A DNA stretch of 40,757 bases from Methanobacteriaceae archaeon (GTDB taxonomy: Archaea > Methanobacteriota > Methanobacteria > Methanobacteriales > Methanobacteriaceae): positions 1 to 40,757 of the forward strand of contig PWMT01000071.1 in the NCBI GenBank assembly GCA_003558085.1. The letters are read 5' to 3'. Shown here in pieces: positions 29,995-40,757 of this stretch. Numbering within the stretch: position 1 is the first letter of the stretch; each line of letters opens with the position of its first letter. The notes under the pieces are model-generated. The model saw nothing but the letters and a program-made list of their open reading frames with translations, was not told the DNA's origin and made no database searches. A program made the position numbers and the translations under genes.

Positions 29995-30771
29995 TCAAAT
30001 TAGTAAAGGCGTTCCTAGTAGAGCTATAAGAGATAAAATTACATGCAGAACTATATCTGCAGAGAAATGAGCCAACATAGCTGATTCAAATCCTCTTTTC
30101 CAGTACAACCAACCAAATATTATACCTCCTATACCATTAAGCACCAAAGCTCTAGCTACAACAATGGAAGTAAGCGGCACAATATCAGCGGTCACTGGCA
30201 AGTGACCCAATCCAAAAACAATGGCTGCGATTATTATGGCTAAATAGAACCCTGTTTTAGTGGGTTTACCCTCCGGAGTACTTTTAATCTTATAGAAAAT
30301 CCAGACCAGTAGACTCATAAAGAATAGTCGCAGCATAATTTCTTCATTTATAGCACCATAAAATGAGGCTAAAAATCCCTGCCAAGCTGGCGGAATCACA
30401 TCTGCAAATTGAACCGCCATTTCTGGATCCAGAAAATTAAAGACTTGGCTGAAGATAATGATCAAAACTGCAGCCAGGACACCCATTCCCACCGATATTT
30501 TTAAAACTGGTTTTAATTTAGAACTTACTTCCTTATTTTCTAACCAAGCTTCCAATATAGGAAGCCCCAGACCTACTTTCCGGGCTAATTTCAGCCCAAA
30601 ATATATTAAAATACCATAGATAATTAGACTATTTAAAACTTGTAATAAGGCAATCTCTAAAAATGGTTCGGCGGCCTGACTTATTAAAGTAAAAGTATAG
30701 GGGATAACTAATAGGGAAGATATAACCGAGGCTATAAGTAATATGATGAATATTTTCGTATCGGTTTTCAT
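29995..30771 (-). CDS. CPBP (CAAX/Abi) intramembrane metalloprotease
   Basis: EEIMLR, FGLGH, HFSAD motifs; multiple TM helices. Confidence 0.88.
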   Translation of the reverse strand: MKTDTKIFIILLIASVISSLLVIPYTFTLISQAAEPFLEIALLQVLNSLIIYGILIYFGLKLARKVGLGLPILEAWLENKEVSSKLKPVLKISVGMGVLAAVLIIIFSQVFNFLDPEMAVQFADVIPPAWQGFLASFYGAINEEIMLRLFFMSLLVWIFYKIKSTPEGKPTKTGFYLAIIIAAIVFGLGHLPVTADIVPLTSIVVARALVLNGIGGIIFGWLYWKRGFESAMLAHFSADIVLHVILSLIALLGTPLLI

Positions 30772-30836
30772 GATAGAACACCTATTTTAGTTAATTATAA
30801 TTTTCAGGTTAATAATCTTTATCTAAAAAAAAAAAT

Positions 30837-31586
30837 TTAAAATTTAACATTCCAGAACTGATTTAAAGTACCATAGCTTCCCTGGATTATGCTTTCTTTA
30901 ACATAATCATCAGCTAATTTTAATGATGATTCCATATTAAATCCTTTAACTAGATAGGCGACTACTGCAGCAGAAAAAGAACAACCACTTCCATGAGTAT
31001 TACTACTCTCGATGAGTTCACCTTCCAAAACTTTGATTTCTCCATTAAAAAAGATATTATCCCCTTCAAGATGACCACCAGTGATAATCACATCACAATA
31101 TTCTCCGATTTTCAGCGCTGCTTTCTTTGCATCTTCCTGATTTTTTATTTCCAAGCCAGATAAGATTTCAGCTTCTAGAATATTAGGGGTAACCAGCAGA
31201 GCATTTTTTAATAAATATTTTTTTAAAGCAATGGCAAAACCTTCCTGGGATAGTTTACCCCCAGAACCAGCAATCATCACCGGATCAACTACTATTTTAA
31301 GCTGATATTCTTGGATTTTTTTAGAAACTGCACGTATAACTTCTTCAGAATAAAGCATCCCGGTTTTACCATAAATAATAGGGTCTTCTTCCAGCACCAC
31401 ATCAATTTGTTCGGCTACAAAGTCAGATTCAATAGGGTAGATACTGGCTACTCTGTTCACATTCTGAGCAGTTAAAGCAGTTATAATGGCTGTACCATAT
31501 ACTTTTAGGGCAGAAAAAGTTTTAATATCATTCAGTATACCTGCACCTGCGGAAGGATCAAATCCCGCTATAGATATGGCCATCAT
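30837..31586 (-). CDS. thiD: Hydroxymethylpyrimidine/phosphomethylpyrimidine kinase
   Basis: [44 protein letters not shown]. Confidence 0.93.
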   Translation of the reverse strand: MMAISIAGFDPSAGAGILNDIKTFSALKVYGTAIITALTAQNVNRVASIYPIESDFVAEQIDVVLEEDPIIYGKTGMLYSEEVIRAVSKKIQEYQLKIVVDPVMIAGSGGKLSQEGFAIALKKYLLKNALLVTPNILEAEILSGLEIKNQEDAKKAALKIGEYCDVIITGGHLEGDNIFFNGEIKVLEGELIESSNTHGSGCSFSAAVVAYLVKGFNMESSLKLADDYVKESIIQGSYGTLNQFWNVKF

Positions 31587-32260
31587 AGTATATCACGTCT
31601 AACTTTTAATCTGGATGATCCGCGATGAGCATTAACTGTTAAAGGGATTCTATTTAAGAAAGCCTCAGTATGGCTACCTTTCCCATGTAGTATAATTTCT
31701 CCTAAATCTTCAGCGGTATTAACATCCAGGGATAAATAAAAAGAATCGTAGACCATATGGTTTAATCCTTTTTTTACTGATTCTTGTATGTGTTCAAAGA
31801 AACTGAAATCTCCAAATTTTAATTCCATAGAATAGGGTTTAAACAGCAAAGCATTTGTTCCACCGCCCTTGGCAGGTGCAATTACCATATCATAATGATC
31901 TGAGTGGTTAATAAAATTTTCAGGTTCTGCTTTTCCAATAAGAGGAATATCTGAGGGTGTTATCAAAACTTTTTGACATTCTTCTTTACACCAATCCAGC
32001 GCCTGATTCAATGCTCCATTCAAATCAGTCTCACCTTCCTCCTCTAATATAGTTATCCCTAAATCATAAGCAAAATCAAGAACATCCGCATCCGAACTTA
32101 TTACCACCACTTTACTAACCAAATCCTTTAAAGCAGTGCTTACATCGGTCAGCATGGCTTTTAGGATCCCTTCTCTTTCAGAAGAGGATAAAGTTGGGGA
32201 TAAACGGGTTTTGGCATGTGAAAATCTTGAAACAGGTATGATGGCATATACTTTTTCCAT
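31583..32260 (-). CDS. cofC: 2-phospho-L-lactate/phosphoenolpyruvate guanylyltransferase (F420 biosynthesis)
   Basis: AIIPV....[28 protein letters not shown]. Confidence 0.93.
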   Translation of the reverse strand: MEKVYAIIPVSRFSHAKTRLSPTLSSSEREGILKAMLTDVSTALKDLVSKVVVISSDADVLDFAYDLGITILEEEGETDLNGALNQALDWCKEECQKVLITPSDIPLIGKAEPENFINHSDHYDMVIAPAKGGGTNALLFKPYSMELKFGDFSFFEHIQESVKKGLNHMVYDSFYLSLDVNTAEDLGEIILHGKGSHTEAFLNRIPLTVNAHRGSSRLKVRRDIL

Positions 32261-32336
32261 GTTCAATCTCCCAGGAAGGTGTGAAAATTAATATTTACTA
32301 TTTTTTTAATTCTAGTTGATTAGGGGCAATACCGCT

Positions 32337-33020
32337 TTAATTCATCCCCCTAAAAAATTCAAGGATACTATCCCACCAACTTTGTTGAGATCTCATTAGC
32401 TCAATATTGGCACTCATGTTAGTGATTTCTTCTTCAGTAAGATTAAATTGAGCCATCAACTCTATTCTAGCAGTGGTTATATTATTATTAAGTTCACTGA
32501 AGGATATTCTTTGTTCTCTACTCAAAGATTGGGCTTCACCCTGATAAATATTAACTTCCCCGTCACTGGTCAAAATCCATATTTTTAACTGAGTTTTTAA
32601 AGCCTCGGCGGGGTTTTGAGGATTAGTATTATCTATTAAATCCTGTATTAACTTAGGAGTTTTTTTAGAGACAGCCATAACTGTATCTTGCTCCACATTT
32701 GCCTCTGTAGTTAAAGAATAGGCCATGATAGTGTTATTTTTACCAGGGGCTATGATTTCTTCTCGAGCAATAACCATGTCCTGCGATGCATCACTGACTA
32801 GAGTATATCCTCTTTCAACCTTAATGGGCCTTTCACCATTATTAAAAAGGATTAACTCATGTGGAACGACTCCTGCATCGGTCTTTTGAACTATTTCAAT
32901 ATTTCCCTCTTCATAAGCTTGCATAAGATTTAATTCTTGATCTGCCATGTAATTTAACGTTCCAAAACCCACGGCAAATACTAAGATGGTTAAAAGTACT
33001 AAAACTATCCTTATATTCAT
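32337..33020 (-). CDS. Hypothetical membrane-anchored protein
   Basis: N-terminal TM from ATG at 33020; in operon between proS and cofC. Confidence 0.75.
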   Translation of the reverse strand: MNIRIVLVLLTILVFAVGFGTLNYMADQELNLMQAYEEGNIEIVQKTDAGVVPHELILFNNGERPIKVERGYTLVSDASQDMVIAREEIIAPGKNNTIMAYSLTTEANVEQDTVMAVSKKTPKLIQDLIDNTNPQNPAEALKTQLKIWILTSDGEVNIYQGEAQSLSREQRISFSELNNNITTARIELMAQFNLTEEEITNMSANIELMRSQQSWWDSILEFFRGMN

Positions 33021-33030
33021 CAAAATTTCC

Positions 33031-34431
33031 TCAGTAAGTTTTTGACAGTAAAGCACGATATTTAGCATTACTTCCGCAATGGAAACAATTTCCGTTCTTT
33101 TCCTTGCCCTGTATTCCTAGGATATCTACCCTTACTTTTTCTTCTATATCTTTTCCACACTCTTCACGACCACACCAGGCAAAGGATATTATCCCCTTAG
33201 ATTCTTCAATTTGCTTCTGTGCTTCTTCCACACTATCCACTTGCTTTATACTAGAATTTAATTTTTCCCAGGCCTTTTCCCGTAAATTTGAAGTAATGGA
33301 ATTTAAGGTCTCAGTTACTTTCTCAGTGATATTATCTAAATCCACCTTAAATTTTTCACCGGTATCTCTACGGGCGATTACTGCACTATTATTTTTTAGG
33401 TCACGAGGACCGATCTCAATTCGAAGGGGCACGCCTCTCATTTCCCAATCGTAATATTTTTTACCAGCCCGGATATCCCGATCATCTAAATGTATTCTAA
33501 ATCCTTGTTTTTGAAGGGAAGTTTTCAGTATCCGGCATTTTTCTAAAACTTCTTGTCCTTCTTTTTTAAAGATAATGGGAACAATGACCATCTGATTAGG
33601 GGCAACATTTGGGGGTAGACATAATCCTGCTTCATCTCCATGAACTCCTATCACCGAGGCAATTACCCGATCAGATATGCCATAACAAGTTTGGTACCCT
33701 AATTCATGTTCTCCTGCCGGATTTTCAAAACTTATATCAAAAGTCTGGGCAAAACTTTGATCTAAATTATGCACCGTACCTATTTGCAATGTTTTACCAT
33801 CAGGCATAATAGTATCAAAGGCCATGGTGTAATCTGCTCCAGGGAATTTGTCCCAGACTGGTCTTTGGGTGATCAAGTAGGGTAAGGCCAACAAATCAAA
33901 ATATTCCTTATAAAATTCTATTGCTTTATCAACTTGGTCTTCTGCTTCTTTTCGGCTGGAATGAACAGTATGAGCTTCAGTAAAAGTGGTGATTTCTCTT
34001 ATTCTTATTAGTGGCCGGGTATGTTTAGTCTCATAGCGGAAAGTGTTCACGGTTTGGTAAATTTTAAGTGGCAAATCATTATGGGACCGCACCCATAAAG
34101 CAAACATGGGGTACATGGCAGTTTCACTGGTAGGTCTTAAGGCTAATTTTTGCTTAAGTTCTGTTAAACCTCCATGGGTAATCCAGTACACTTCTTCTTC
34201 AAAACCTTTAATGTGCATACCTTCTTTAGCTAACTCACTCTCCGGGATTAGGAGAGGAAATAATACTTCTTCATGCTCTCTATCTAAAATATTTTTCAAG
34301 ATATTCAAAATTTCTTTTCTCAGCTGAAATCCATGAGGAAGCCACACGTGCATACCTTTAATGGGATAGCGAGAATCAATTAGTTCTGCTTCCTCTAAAA
34401 TATCATGAAACCATTCACTGAAATTTGTCAT
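33031..34431 (-). CDS. proS: Proline--tRNA ligase (archaeal type)
   Basis: [34 protein letters not shown]-terminal Cys Zn site ending in Y. Confidence 0.97.
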   Translation of the reverse strand: MTNFSEWFHDILEEAELIDSRYPIKGMHVWLPHGFQLRKEILNILKNILDREHEEVLFPLLIPESELAKEGMHIKGFEEEVYWITHGGLTELKQKLALRPTSETAMYPMFALWVRSHNDLPLKIYQTVNTFRYETKHTRPLIRIREITTFTEAHTVHSSRKEAEDQVDKAIEFYKEYFDLLALPYLITQRPVWDKFPGADYTMAFDTIMPDGKTLQIGTVHNLDQSFAQTFDISFENPAGEHELGYQTCYGISDRVIASVIGVHGDEAGLCLPPNVAPNQMVIVPIIFKKEGQEVLEKCRILKTSLQKQGFRIHLDDRDIRAGKKYYDWEMRGVPLRIEIGPRDLKNNSAVIARRDTGEKFKVDLDNITEKVTETLNSITSNLREKAWEKLNSSIKQVDSVEEAQKQIEESKGIISFAWCGREECGKDIEEKVRVDILGIQGKEKNGNCFHCGSNAKYRALLSKTY

Positions 34432-34737
34432 ATTATTTTCACCGTGATATTAGATATAATAAACCTTAGAAATGTTAATAATTGATTTATACAGTTTTAA
34501 ACATAAATATTATTAGATTAAAGAGAATTTTATCTTATCAGAATTGATAAATATATTGAGGATATATGTTCAAAGCTAAACTCAGATCAGACTATAATTA
34601 GTTATACTTAATTTAAGGATATACAATATATAATCTACTAATTGCTTGGGATAAGATATTTTTAATCCCAATAATCTTAAAAGTATTTATTACTACTTAA
34701 GTTATTTACTTTAACCATTTTACTTAGGCAAGATAAT

Positions 34738-35781
34738 ATGGATGCTAAAAAAATTCAATTCCCCCGGGAGATACATACTGGACCGGGTGTGATCAAAAAA
34801 ACAGGTGAAATTTGTCGAGATTTAAGATTTAAAGGAAAAGCACTGGTTGTTAGCGGACCTAAAACTTTAAAAATTGGTGGAGAAACAGCTATCCAAAGTC
34901 TGGAAAAGCAAGGTTTTAGTGTGGATCATGTAAAAATTAAAGAAGCTTCCTCAAAATCTGTCCAGGAAATACAAGACCGCTTAGATGGAACTTCATTGGT
35001 TTTGGGGGTAGGCGGAGGTAAAATAATTGATGTTGCTAAGTTAGCTTCAACCCAATCTAATCTACACTTTATAAGTGTTCCTACTGCTGCTTCTCATGAT
35101 GGGATCGCATCTCCACGTGCTTCGATAAGGGATGGAAATGGAACGGTTTCACTAGAATCACAGTCCCCCATAGGGGTAATTGCAGATACAGAAATTATAA
35201 GTAAAGCACCAGCCCGATTACTGGCTGCTGGCTGTGGAGATATAATTTCTAATTATACTGCTATTTTAGATTGGAAATTAGCCAATCGTCTTTTAAATGA
35301 AAATTATAGTAAATCAGCTTCAGCATTATCTTTAATGTCAGCTAAGATGATTATCGAATCAGCTGATGCCATAAAAGTCGGCCTGGAAGAAAGTGCCAAA
35401 TTGGTGGTTAAATCCTTAATTAGTAGTGGGGTTGCTATTTCCATTGCCGGCAGCAGCCGACCAGCCAGTGGTTCTGAACATAAATTTAGCCATGCTCTGG
35501 ATAAATTAGCTCCTAAAACAGCTTTACATGGAGAACAATGTGGAGTGGGTACTATTATGATGATGCATCTTCATGGAGAACACTGGGAATTTATTCGCGA
35601 TACTTTAAAGAAATTTAAAGCCCCCACTACTGCTGCAGATTTAGGTATTGATCCCGAATATATTATAGATGCTTTAACCATAGCCCATAAAATTAGAAAA
35701 GAAAGGTACACCATTCTGGGTGATAGAGGCTTAACCAGGGAAGCAGCCGAAAATCTGGCATTTACTACGGAAGTGATTTGA
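34738..35781 (+). CDS. egsA: sn-glycerol-1-phosphate dehydrogenase
   Basis: [50 protein letters not shown]. Confidence 0.96.
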   Translation: MDAKKIQFPREIHTGPGVIKKTGEICRDLRFKGKALVVSGPKTLKIGGETAIQSLEKQGFSVDHVKIKEASSKSVQEIQDRLDGTSLVLGVGGGKIIDVAKLASTQSNLHFISVPTAASHDGIASPRASIRDGNGTVSLESQSPIGVIADTEIISKAPARLLAAGCGDIISNYTAILDWKLANRLLNENYSKSASALSLMSAKMIIESADAIKVGLEESAKLVVKSLISSGVAISIAGSSRPASGSEHKFSHALDKLAPKTALHGEQCGVGTIMMMHLHGEHWEFIRDTLKKFKAPTTAADLGIDPEYIIDALTIAHKIRKERYTILGDRGLTREAAENLAFTTEVI

Positions 35782-36212
35782 TGATAACCCTTATTGGAAA
35801 AAAAATGGCAAAAAAGGGATTGAAGTTTCAGTATATAGGTCCGGCTGAGGAATGTGATAACTGCAGATTCAGAGCAACTTGCCTAGATTCATTAGAAGAG
35901 GGAAGGTTCTATATCATCCGTAAGGTTAAAGAAACGGAACAATACTGTAAACTACATGAAGATCACAAGGTAAAAGTGGTTGAAGTTGAAAAAGCCTACA
36001 TAAAAGCATTGGTAAATTCTAAAAGTGCTTTTGAAGGATCTATAGTTTCTCTAAGCACACCAATATGTGATGAAGAGTGTGAATATCATGATTTGTGCTT
36101 CCCAGAAGGTCTTAAGGGCAATGATCGGTGTAAAATAATTAAAAATTTTGGCAAAACTGATAAAAAATGCATACAAGGTTATGAGCTTAGCGAAGTACTA
36201 TTAGAATGTTAA
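35778..36212 (+). CDS. UPF0179 family protein
   Basis: MITLIG..AK.G..F, CxxC, C.LH, further Cys cluster; follows egsA. Confidence 0.85.
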   Translation: MMITLIGKKMAKKGLKFQYIGPAEECDNCRFRATCLDSLEEGRFYIIRKVKETEQYCKLHEDHKVKVVEVEKAYIKALVNSKSAFEGSIVSLSTPICDEECEYHDLCFPEGLKGNDRCKIIKNFGKTDKKCIQGYELSEVLLEC

Positions 36213-36271
36213 ATAATGATATATTCATATTTTCTAATTTCTGATTTGAATTATTATCAGGAGAATTACCC

Positions 36272-36946
36272 ATGAATTTAAAGGAAATGGCAGGTTATAA
36301 AGCTGCCGATGAAATAAAAGATGGACAGGTTGTAGGCTTAGGTACTGGTTCTACTACTCATTATTTTATTGAAAAGTTAGCCTGGAAGATTAAAGAAGAA
36401 AGTTTAGATATAATGGGAGTACCAACTTCTTATCAATCTTTTTTTTTAGCCAGAGACTTAAACATCCCCCTAACCTCATTAGAAGAACATGAAGTGGATG
36501 TTGCTGTTGATGGGGCCGATGAAGTGGATAATGATTTGAATTTAATTAAAGGAGGTGGAGCTGCCCATACACTGGAGAAAATAGTGGATTATGCAGCAGA
36601 TAGATTTATTGTAGTGGTGGATGATTCTAAAATGGTGGATCAACTTGGAAATATTCCAGTTCCTTTAGAAGTAATGCCCTCTGCTCTGCGTACTATTATC
36701 AATTCTCTGCAGGAATTAGGTGCTTCTGCTCAAATTAGAATGGCCCTCAATAAAGATGGTCCCATTATCAGCGATCATGGAAATTTTATTGTGGATGCAG
36801 ATTTTGGATTGTTAGACCATCCTTTAAAATTAGAAAAAGAATTAAATTCTATCCCGGGGGTGGTGGAGAATGGAATTTTTTCTAATGAGGTAGACCTTGT
36901 TATAGTAGCACAATCTCAAGGTATAAAGATGATCAAGCCCGGATAA
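36272..36946 (+). CDS. rpiA: Ribose-5-phosphate isomerase A
   Basis: GLGTGST, DGADEVD, IKGGGAA, PGVVENGIF. Confidence 0.97.
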   Translation: MNLKEMAGYKAADEIKDGQVVGLGTGSTTHYFIEKLAWKIKEESLDIMGVPTSYQSFFLARDLNIPLTSLEEHEVDVAVDGADEVDNDLNLIKGGGAAHTLEKIVDYAADRFIVVVDDSKMVDQLGNIPVPLEVMPSALRTIINSLQELGASAQIRMALNKDGPIISDHGNFIVDADFGLLDHPLKLEKELNSIPGVVENGIFSNEVDLVIVAQSQGIKMIKPG

Positions 36947-37075
36947 TTTTTTTAATCTAATATTTTAGAAAATTTTTCTTTTTAACATAAACTGAAATTC
37001 ATTGAACTTTTTCTATATAAATAAAGTAAATTAAATCCCTGGGTAGGGCTTATAAAATCATTTCTCACCAATTTT

Positions 37076-37888
37076 TTATTTAATAATATCAAATTTTTTT
37101 TTTAAAAAAAATGTGATTAAAAAAGCTATTGCCAAAACAAGGACAATGGTAGATCCGGAAGCTAGATCAAATACATAGGATAGCCATAAACCAGCCATAG
37201 TTAATACCATTCCTAAGACCACAGAACCTAACATTAATTGGGGAATTTTATAGGTAAATTGCCGGCTTATAGCAGCAGGTATGGTTAGAAGAGCAATTAT
37301 CAGGATAATCCCCACAGCTTTAATTAAAACCACTACACTTAAGGCAACCAGTGCCAGCAAAATCAAATAAATCAGCTTAGTAGGGACTCCCACCACTTCT
37401 GCAAATTCTTCATCAAAAGATATAGCAGTGAATTCTCGATGTAATAGGCCCACTATCAAGAGTATGGTTAAAACCAGAACTAGCATTATAATTAGATCAG
37501 TATTAGAAATTGTTAAAATACTCCCAAATAAATAACTAAAAAGATCAGGAGCATATCCTGGACTTAAATTTATAAAGAGAATACCTAAAGCCATGCCTAC
37601 CGACCAAAGGATACCTATGGCAGTGTCTTCACTTATATCTACTTTTTTAGCTAAAGCACCTATTAAAATCGCGGATAGGGCACTAAAAGGTATAGCGGTT
37701 AAAACTGGGTTTATTCCCAGAAAAAATCCCAGGCCGATTCCTCCAAAAGCAGCATGAGATATACCTCCACTAATAAAAACTATCTTTTTGATCACTACGT
37801 AGGTACCTACAACCCCACAGGCTATGCTCACCAACAGGGCTGCTAAGAAAGCGTTTTGCATGAATTGATATTGTAAAAATTCCAACAC
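37076..37888 (-). CDS. Zn/Mn-type ABC transporter permease (ZnuB-like)
   Basis: [40 protein letters not shown]. Confidence 0.92.
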   Translation of the reverse strand: MLEFLQYQFMQNAFLAALLVSIACGVVGTYVVIKKIVFISGGISHAAFGGIGLGFFLGINPVLTAIPFSALSAILIGALAKKVDISEDTAIGILWSVGMALGILFINLSPGYAPDLFSYLFGSILTISNTDLIIMLVLVLTILLIVGLLHREFTAISFDEEFAEVVGVPTKLIYLILLALVALSVVVLIKAVGIILIIALLTIPAAISRQFTYKIPQLMLGSVVLGMVLTMAGLWLSYVFDLASGSTIVLVLAIAFLITFFLKKKFDIIK

Positions 37889-37957
37889 CTTTTTATTCCC
37901 CCTTCTACTATGTACAGGATAGTTTTAAACTCACTTTCTAATACAATCAATTAATCT

Positions 37958-38701
37958 TTAATTTCCATGATTTCGTAAAACACGATGTGGTAGACCATGG
38001 GCAATTAAATCTATAGGGCACTGATAAGCTTTTTCTAATTCTTCTACAGATTCTTCAACCGGGCCATGACAGTATATCTTTCTATTCAAGCAGGCTATAC
38101 TATCCACATAGGAGGAGACTACTCCAATGTCATGAGAAACCATTATTATAGTCATCTCTTTTTTTAATTTGCTTAAAAGTTCGTAAAATTTGCCTTGAAA
38201 TTGAGGATCTAAACTAGCAGTTGGTTCATCCAGTATCAATAATTCCGGATCCCTAACTAATGCTCTAGCAATTAAAACTCGTTGTAACTGACCACCAGAT
38301 AATTTTTCTATATGCTTATCCTTCAAATCTAATATATCAACTTTTTTAAGTGTTTTTAGGGCCATTTTATGGTCTATTTTATCATAATTTTTTAAGAAAT
38401 GATTATAACGACCCATAAGTACCACTTGGAATACACTTATGGGAAAATTTGATTTATAGGAGGATCTTTGGGGTAGATATCCTATCTTATTTGCTTTACC
38501 AGGTAGTAGTCCTAAAACTTCTATACTTCCCTTATCTGGTTTTAAAAGACCTAAAATATGTTTTAATAGAGTAGTTTTACCCCCACCATTAGGTCCAATT
38601 AAGGCCATAAACTCATTTTTTTCAATGGTGAGGTCAATTTCTTCCAGTACATAATCTTCCTTAAATTTATAGTACAATCCTTCGATATTTACTACAGACA
38701 T
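37958..38701 (-). CDS. Zn/Mn-type ABC transporter ATPase (ZnuC-like)
   Basis: GPNGGGKT, IGYLPQ, LSGGQLQR, LDEPT, His-rich tail. Confidence 0.93.
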   Translation of the reverse strand: MSVVNIEGLYYKFKEDYVLEEIDLTIEKNEFMALIGPNGGGKTTLLKHILGLLKPDKGSIEVLGLLPGKANKIGYLPQRSSYKSNFPISVFQVVLMGRYNHFLKNYDKIDHKMALKTLKKVDILDLKDKHIEKLSGGQLQRVLIARALVRDPELLILDEPTASLDPQFQGKFYELLSKLKKEMTIIMVSHDIGVVSSYVDSIACLNRKIYCHGPVEESVEELEKAYQCPIDLIAHGLPHRVLRNHGN

Positions 38702-38712
38702 TTCAGTACCTC

Positions 38713-39633
38713 TTAAGCATTGCTGAATGCTTCTAAAACCTTTTCCATATTTTCCAAGTAATTAGGAGATAAAGGATCCAGTAAGACTACCTCAGCCCCT
38801 ATTTCTTGGGCTATGGTTTTTGCATTTTCTAGAGGAAATTGAGGGGAAACGAAGATTACTTTTATATCTTCTTTTTTAGCCTGCTGGATGATATTAGCCA
38901 TATTTTGGGGTGTGGGCTCTTTTCCATCTTTCTCTATGGCAATTTGCTGAAGACCATAATCTTTGCAGAAATAACCCCAGGAGGGATGATAAACCAGTAT
39001 CTGCTTATTTTCTTGGTTAGAGACCTCTTCCCTAATTTTCTGATCCAATTTATCCAGTTCAGTTAAATATTCCTCTTTATTATCCTGATAAAATTCTTTA
39101 TTTTCTGGATCAGCTCTAACTAGTTCCTCATAAATAATTTCCACCATGGATTTTACATTACTTGGAGAAGTCCATACATGAGCATCTACATCCCCGTGAT
39201 GATGCTGACAATCATGCGCTCCGCTACAAGTATCTATTTCATCCGGGAAGTGAATCAAATCAATTTCCCGGGAACTGTTAACCACTTTCATGTGGGGATT
39301 GATGGAATTTAAACGGTCCATGTAATTTATTTCAAACTCCATACCAGAGCCTAACTTAAAATAAAGCTGTGCATCAGATACTTCCTGCATGGTACTGGGC
39401 TCTATTTCATAGGTATGAGGGTCTGCTCCATCAGGAACCATTATTACTACATTAACTTTTTCTTTACCCACTCTTTCGATAAATTCTTTTTGTGGCATTA
39501 AAGTGGCAGCGACCACTATTTGTTCATCACTTTCCTGAATGGGAGAACTACTGAAAATAGAAACAATAAATAATGAGGCTATGAAAATAGTTATTATGGA
39601 TCCTAGAAATATATTTTTTAAATTTTTATCCAT
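38713..39633 (-). CDS. Zn-type ABC transporter substrate-binding protein (ZnuA-like)
   Basis: DPHTYE, His/Cys-rich loop CSGAHDCQHHHGDVDAHVW, YHPSWGYF, EKDGKEP; GAGGTGA RBS before ATG at 39633. Confidence 0.92.
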   Translation of the reverse strand: MDKNLKNIFLGSIITIFIASLFIVSIFSSSPIQESDEQIVVAATLMPQKEFIERVGKEKVNVVIMVPDGADPHTYEIEPSTMQEVSDAQLYFKLGSGMEFEINYMDRLNSINPHMKVVNSSREIDLIHFPDEIDTCSGAHDCQHHHGDVDAHVWTSPSNVKSMVEIIYEELVRADPENKEFYQDNKEEYLTELDKLDQKIREEVSNQENKQILVYHPSWGYFCKDYGLQQIAIEKDGKEPTPQNMANIIQQAKKEDIKVIFVSPQFPLENAKTIAQEIGAEVVLLDPLSPNYLENMEKVLEAFSNA

Positions 39634-39790
39634 ATAGTCACCTCTTATATTTTTAGTCAATGCAGATACCGCTATTGGTTTTCTAAAAGCTCTTTACCAG
39701 TAACTGAAAAAAGTGTAATCATTCTCAGATTATTTTTTCAGTCTGGTTTTCTTTTGGAGATTTAGACGGGCAATGGTCTTAATTATAATC

Positions 39791-39882
39791 TTATTAATAT
39801 TTAAAAATTTTCTTAATAAATGTTAATTAATAGATTAATTATTTTAATAAATATTATTAAATAAGATGAAAATAATTAATAA
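39791..39882. promoter_or_regulatory. Two TTATTAA-N15-TTAATAA inverted repeats, putative NikR-family operators
   Basis: Exact matches at 39791-39819 and 39854-39882 in the divergent promoter region. Confidence 0.55.
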
Positions 39883-39927
39883 ATTTTATGCACAATATAT
39901 ATAAACTATTATTAAAATACTAGTTTT

Positions 39928-40311
39928 ATGGCCATTATCAGCATATCACTTAATGATAAACTTTTAGCAGAAATAGATGATCTAATAGAAGAAATGGGGT
40001 TTTCAGGTCGATCAGATGTAATCCGATCTGCAGCAAGAACCCTGATTGATGAAAACAAATCAGAAAAAACTATAGAGGGATCAGTCAATGCCCTCTTATT
40101 TTTGATCCATAGTCAGAAAGTGGAAGGTGAAGTTACTAATATAAAACATGCCTTCGAAGACATAATCAATACACAAATTCACAGCCATTTAAAAGAAGAG
40201 AATTGTTTGGAAATATTCATTTTAGAGGGGGATGGTTCTAGAATAAAAGACTTCACCCGAAGATTTAGAAATAGTGGTAAAATGGACCATCTCAAATTAA
40301 TCGTTTTTTAA
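39928..40311 (+). CDS. NikR-family ribbon-helix-helix metal-responsive regulator
   Basis: IISISL..LL.E.D...GFSGRSDVIR; H..HSH....CLEIFILEG metal domain. Confidence 0.9.
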   Translation: MAIISISLNDKLLAEIDDLIEEMGFSGRSDVIRSAARTLIDENKSEKTIEGSVNALLFLIHSQKVEGEVTNIKHAFEDIINTQIHSHLKEENCLEIFILEGDGSRIKDFTRRFRNSGKMDHLKLIVF

Positions 40312-40537
40312 GTTAGGTTGAATCTAAAAAAAAAGTGTAATCAAAAGGCCCTATAACAAGATTTAGATTTGATATTCTCAAGCATTCTAAAAATAATAGC
40401 TGAATAAGCTAAGAAATCACTAAAGCATATTTCTTCTAAAAGGTTGATTTTTAATTTATTTATTTTAAGAGGAATAAAATATAGGATCCCTTTTATTATA
40501 GTTATTATACTCCCCTTAGAATAATCATAGAAATCTA

Positions 40538-40757
40538 TTAATCTAATAATTTAGATTTAGGGTCAGCGGTTCGATATTCATGGCTAAATTTAGCATCATA
40601 TAATTTCGATGCCTGGAAATCTCCTGGATCTAAAACCGAACCCACCACAATCATGGCGGTTTTGTTTATACGAGCTTGCTTTATCTTTTCGGCAATATTT
40701 TCCAAGGTACCCTTAACTACTATTTCATCTGGCCAGGATGCTTTCTTAACCACTCCA
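40538..40757 (-). CDS. cbiF: Precorrin-4/cobalt-precorrin-4 C11-methyltransferase, C-terminal part (partial)
   Basis: KASWPDE.VV.GTL..IA....I.KTA.I.VG and S.LYD..FSH.YR, typical of the CobM/CbiF C-terminus. Confidence 0.85.
   Translation of the reverse strand, partial: GVVKKASWPDEIVVKGTLENIAEKIKQARINKTAMIVVGSVLDPGDFQASKLYDAKFSHEYRTADPKSKLLD

Noticed and set aside
29995-30771. CPBP/Abi protease as an anti-phage system
   Set aside because: Lone gene in housekeeping context; the family name does not imply defence
21604-39066. Short opposite-strand ORFs at 21604, 22021, 22729, 25280, 26687, 33104, 33609, 34106 and 38839
   Set aside because: Antisense to recognisable conserved genes

Overview
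AT-rich archaeal DNA from a methanogen, most likely Methanobacteriales (Methanobacterium-like), judged from egsA, cofC, the short archaeal purA, an AqpM-type aquaporin, GGTGA/GGAGG ribosome-binding sites and an MxxTG-LP-type surface-protein tail. The window has three zones. (1) 1-6.3 kb: partial dapL, a DUF2193-DUF2180-aquaporin operon and a bacterial-type ectABC ectoine cluster. (2) About 6.7-23.4 kb: a gene-sparse accessory stretch with stress-type genes (two Hsp20s, one fused to LEA-like repeats, plus ChaB, a PRC-barrel protein and a LEA/CsbD-like protein), unannotated small ORFs, frameshifted or truncated genes, tandem and direct repeats, and an IS200/IS605-type right end. (3) 23.6-40.8 kb: mostly core genes (ArsR-lon, THUMP, AAA ATPase, purA, thiD, cofC, proS, egsA, rpiA, a Zn-type ABC transporter with a divergent NikR-family regulator, partial cbiF). 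The most striking unexplained signal is a recurring minus-strand structured RNA motif (hairpin, AUCUCCUCCAAA, long stem). It occurs twice as leaders of the Zn-finger/PRC-barrel/LEA-Hsp20 operon, where the conserved CUCC tract can pair with the downstream RBS, and once as an apparently stand-alone small RNA near 7.6-7.7 kb. No tRNA, rRNA or CRISPR array was seen. All family calls are by motif recognition, and base pairings were traced by eye; no searches or folding programs were run.
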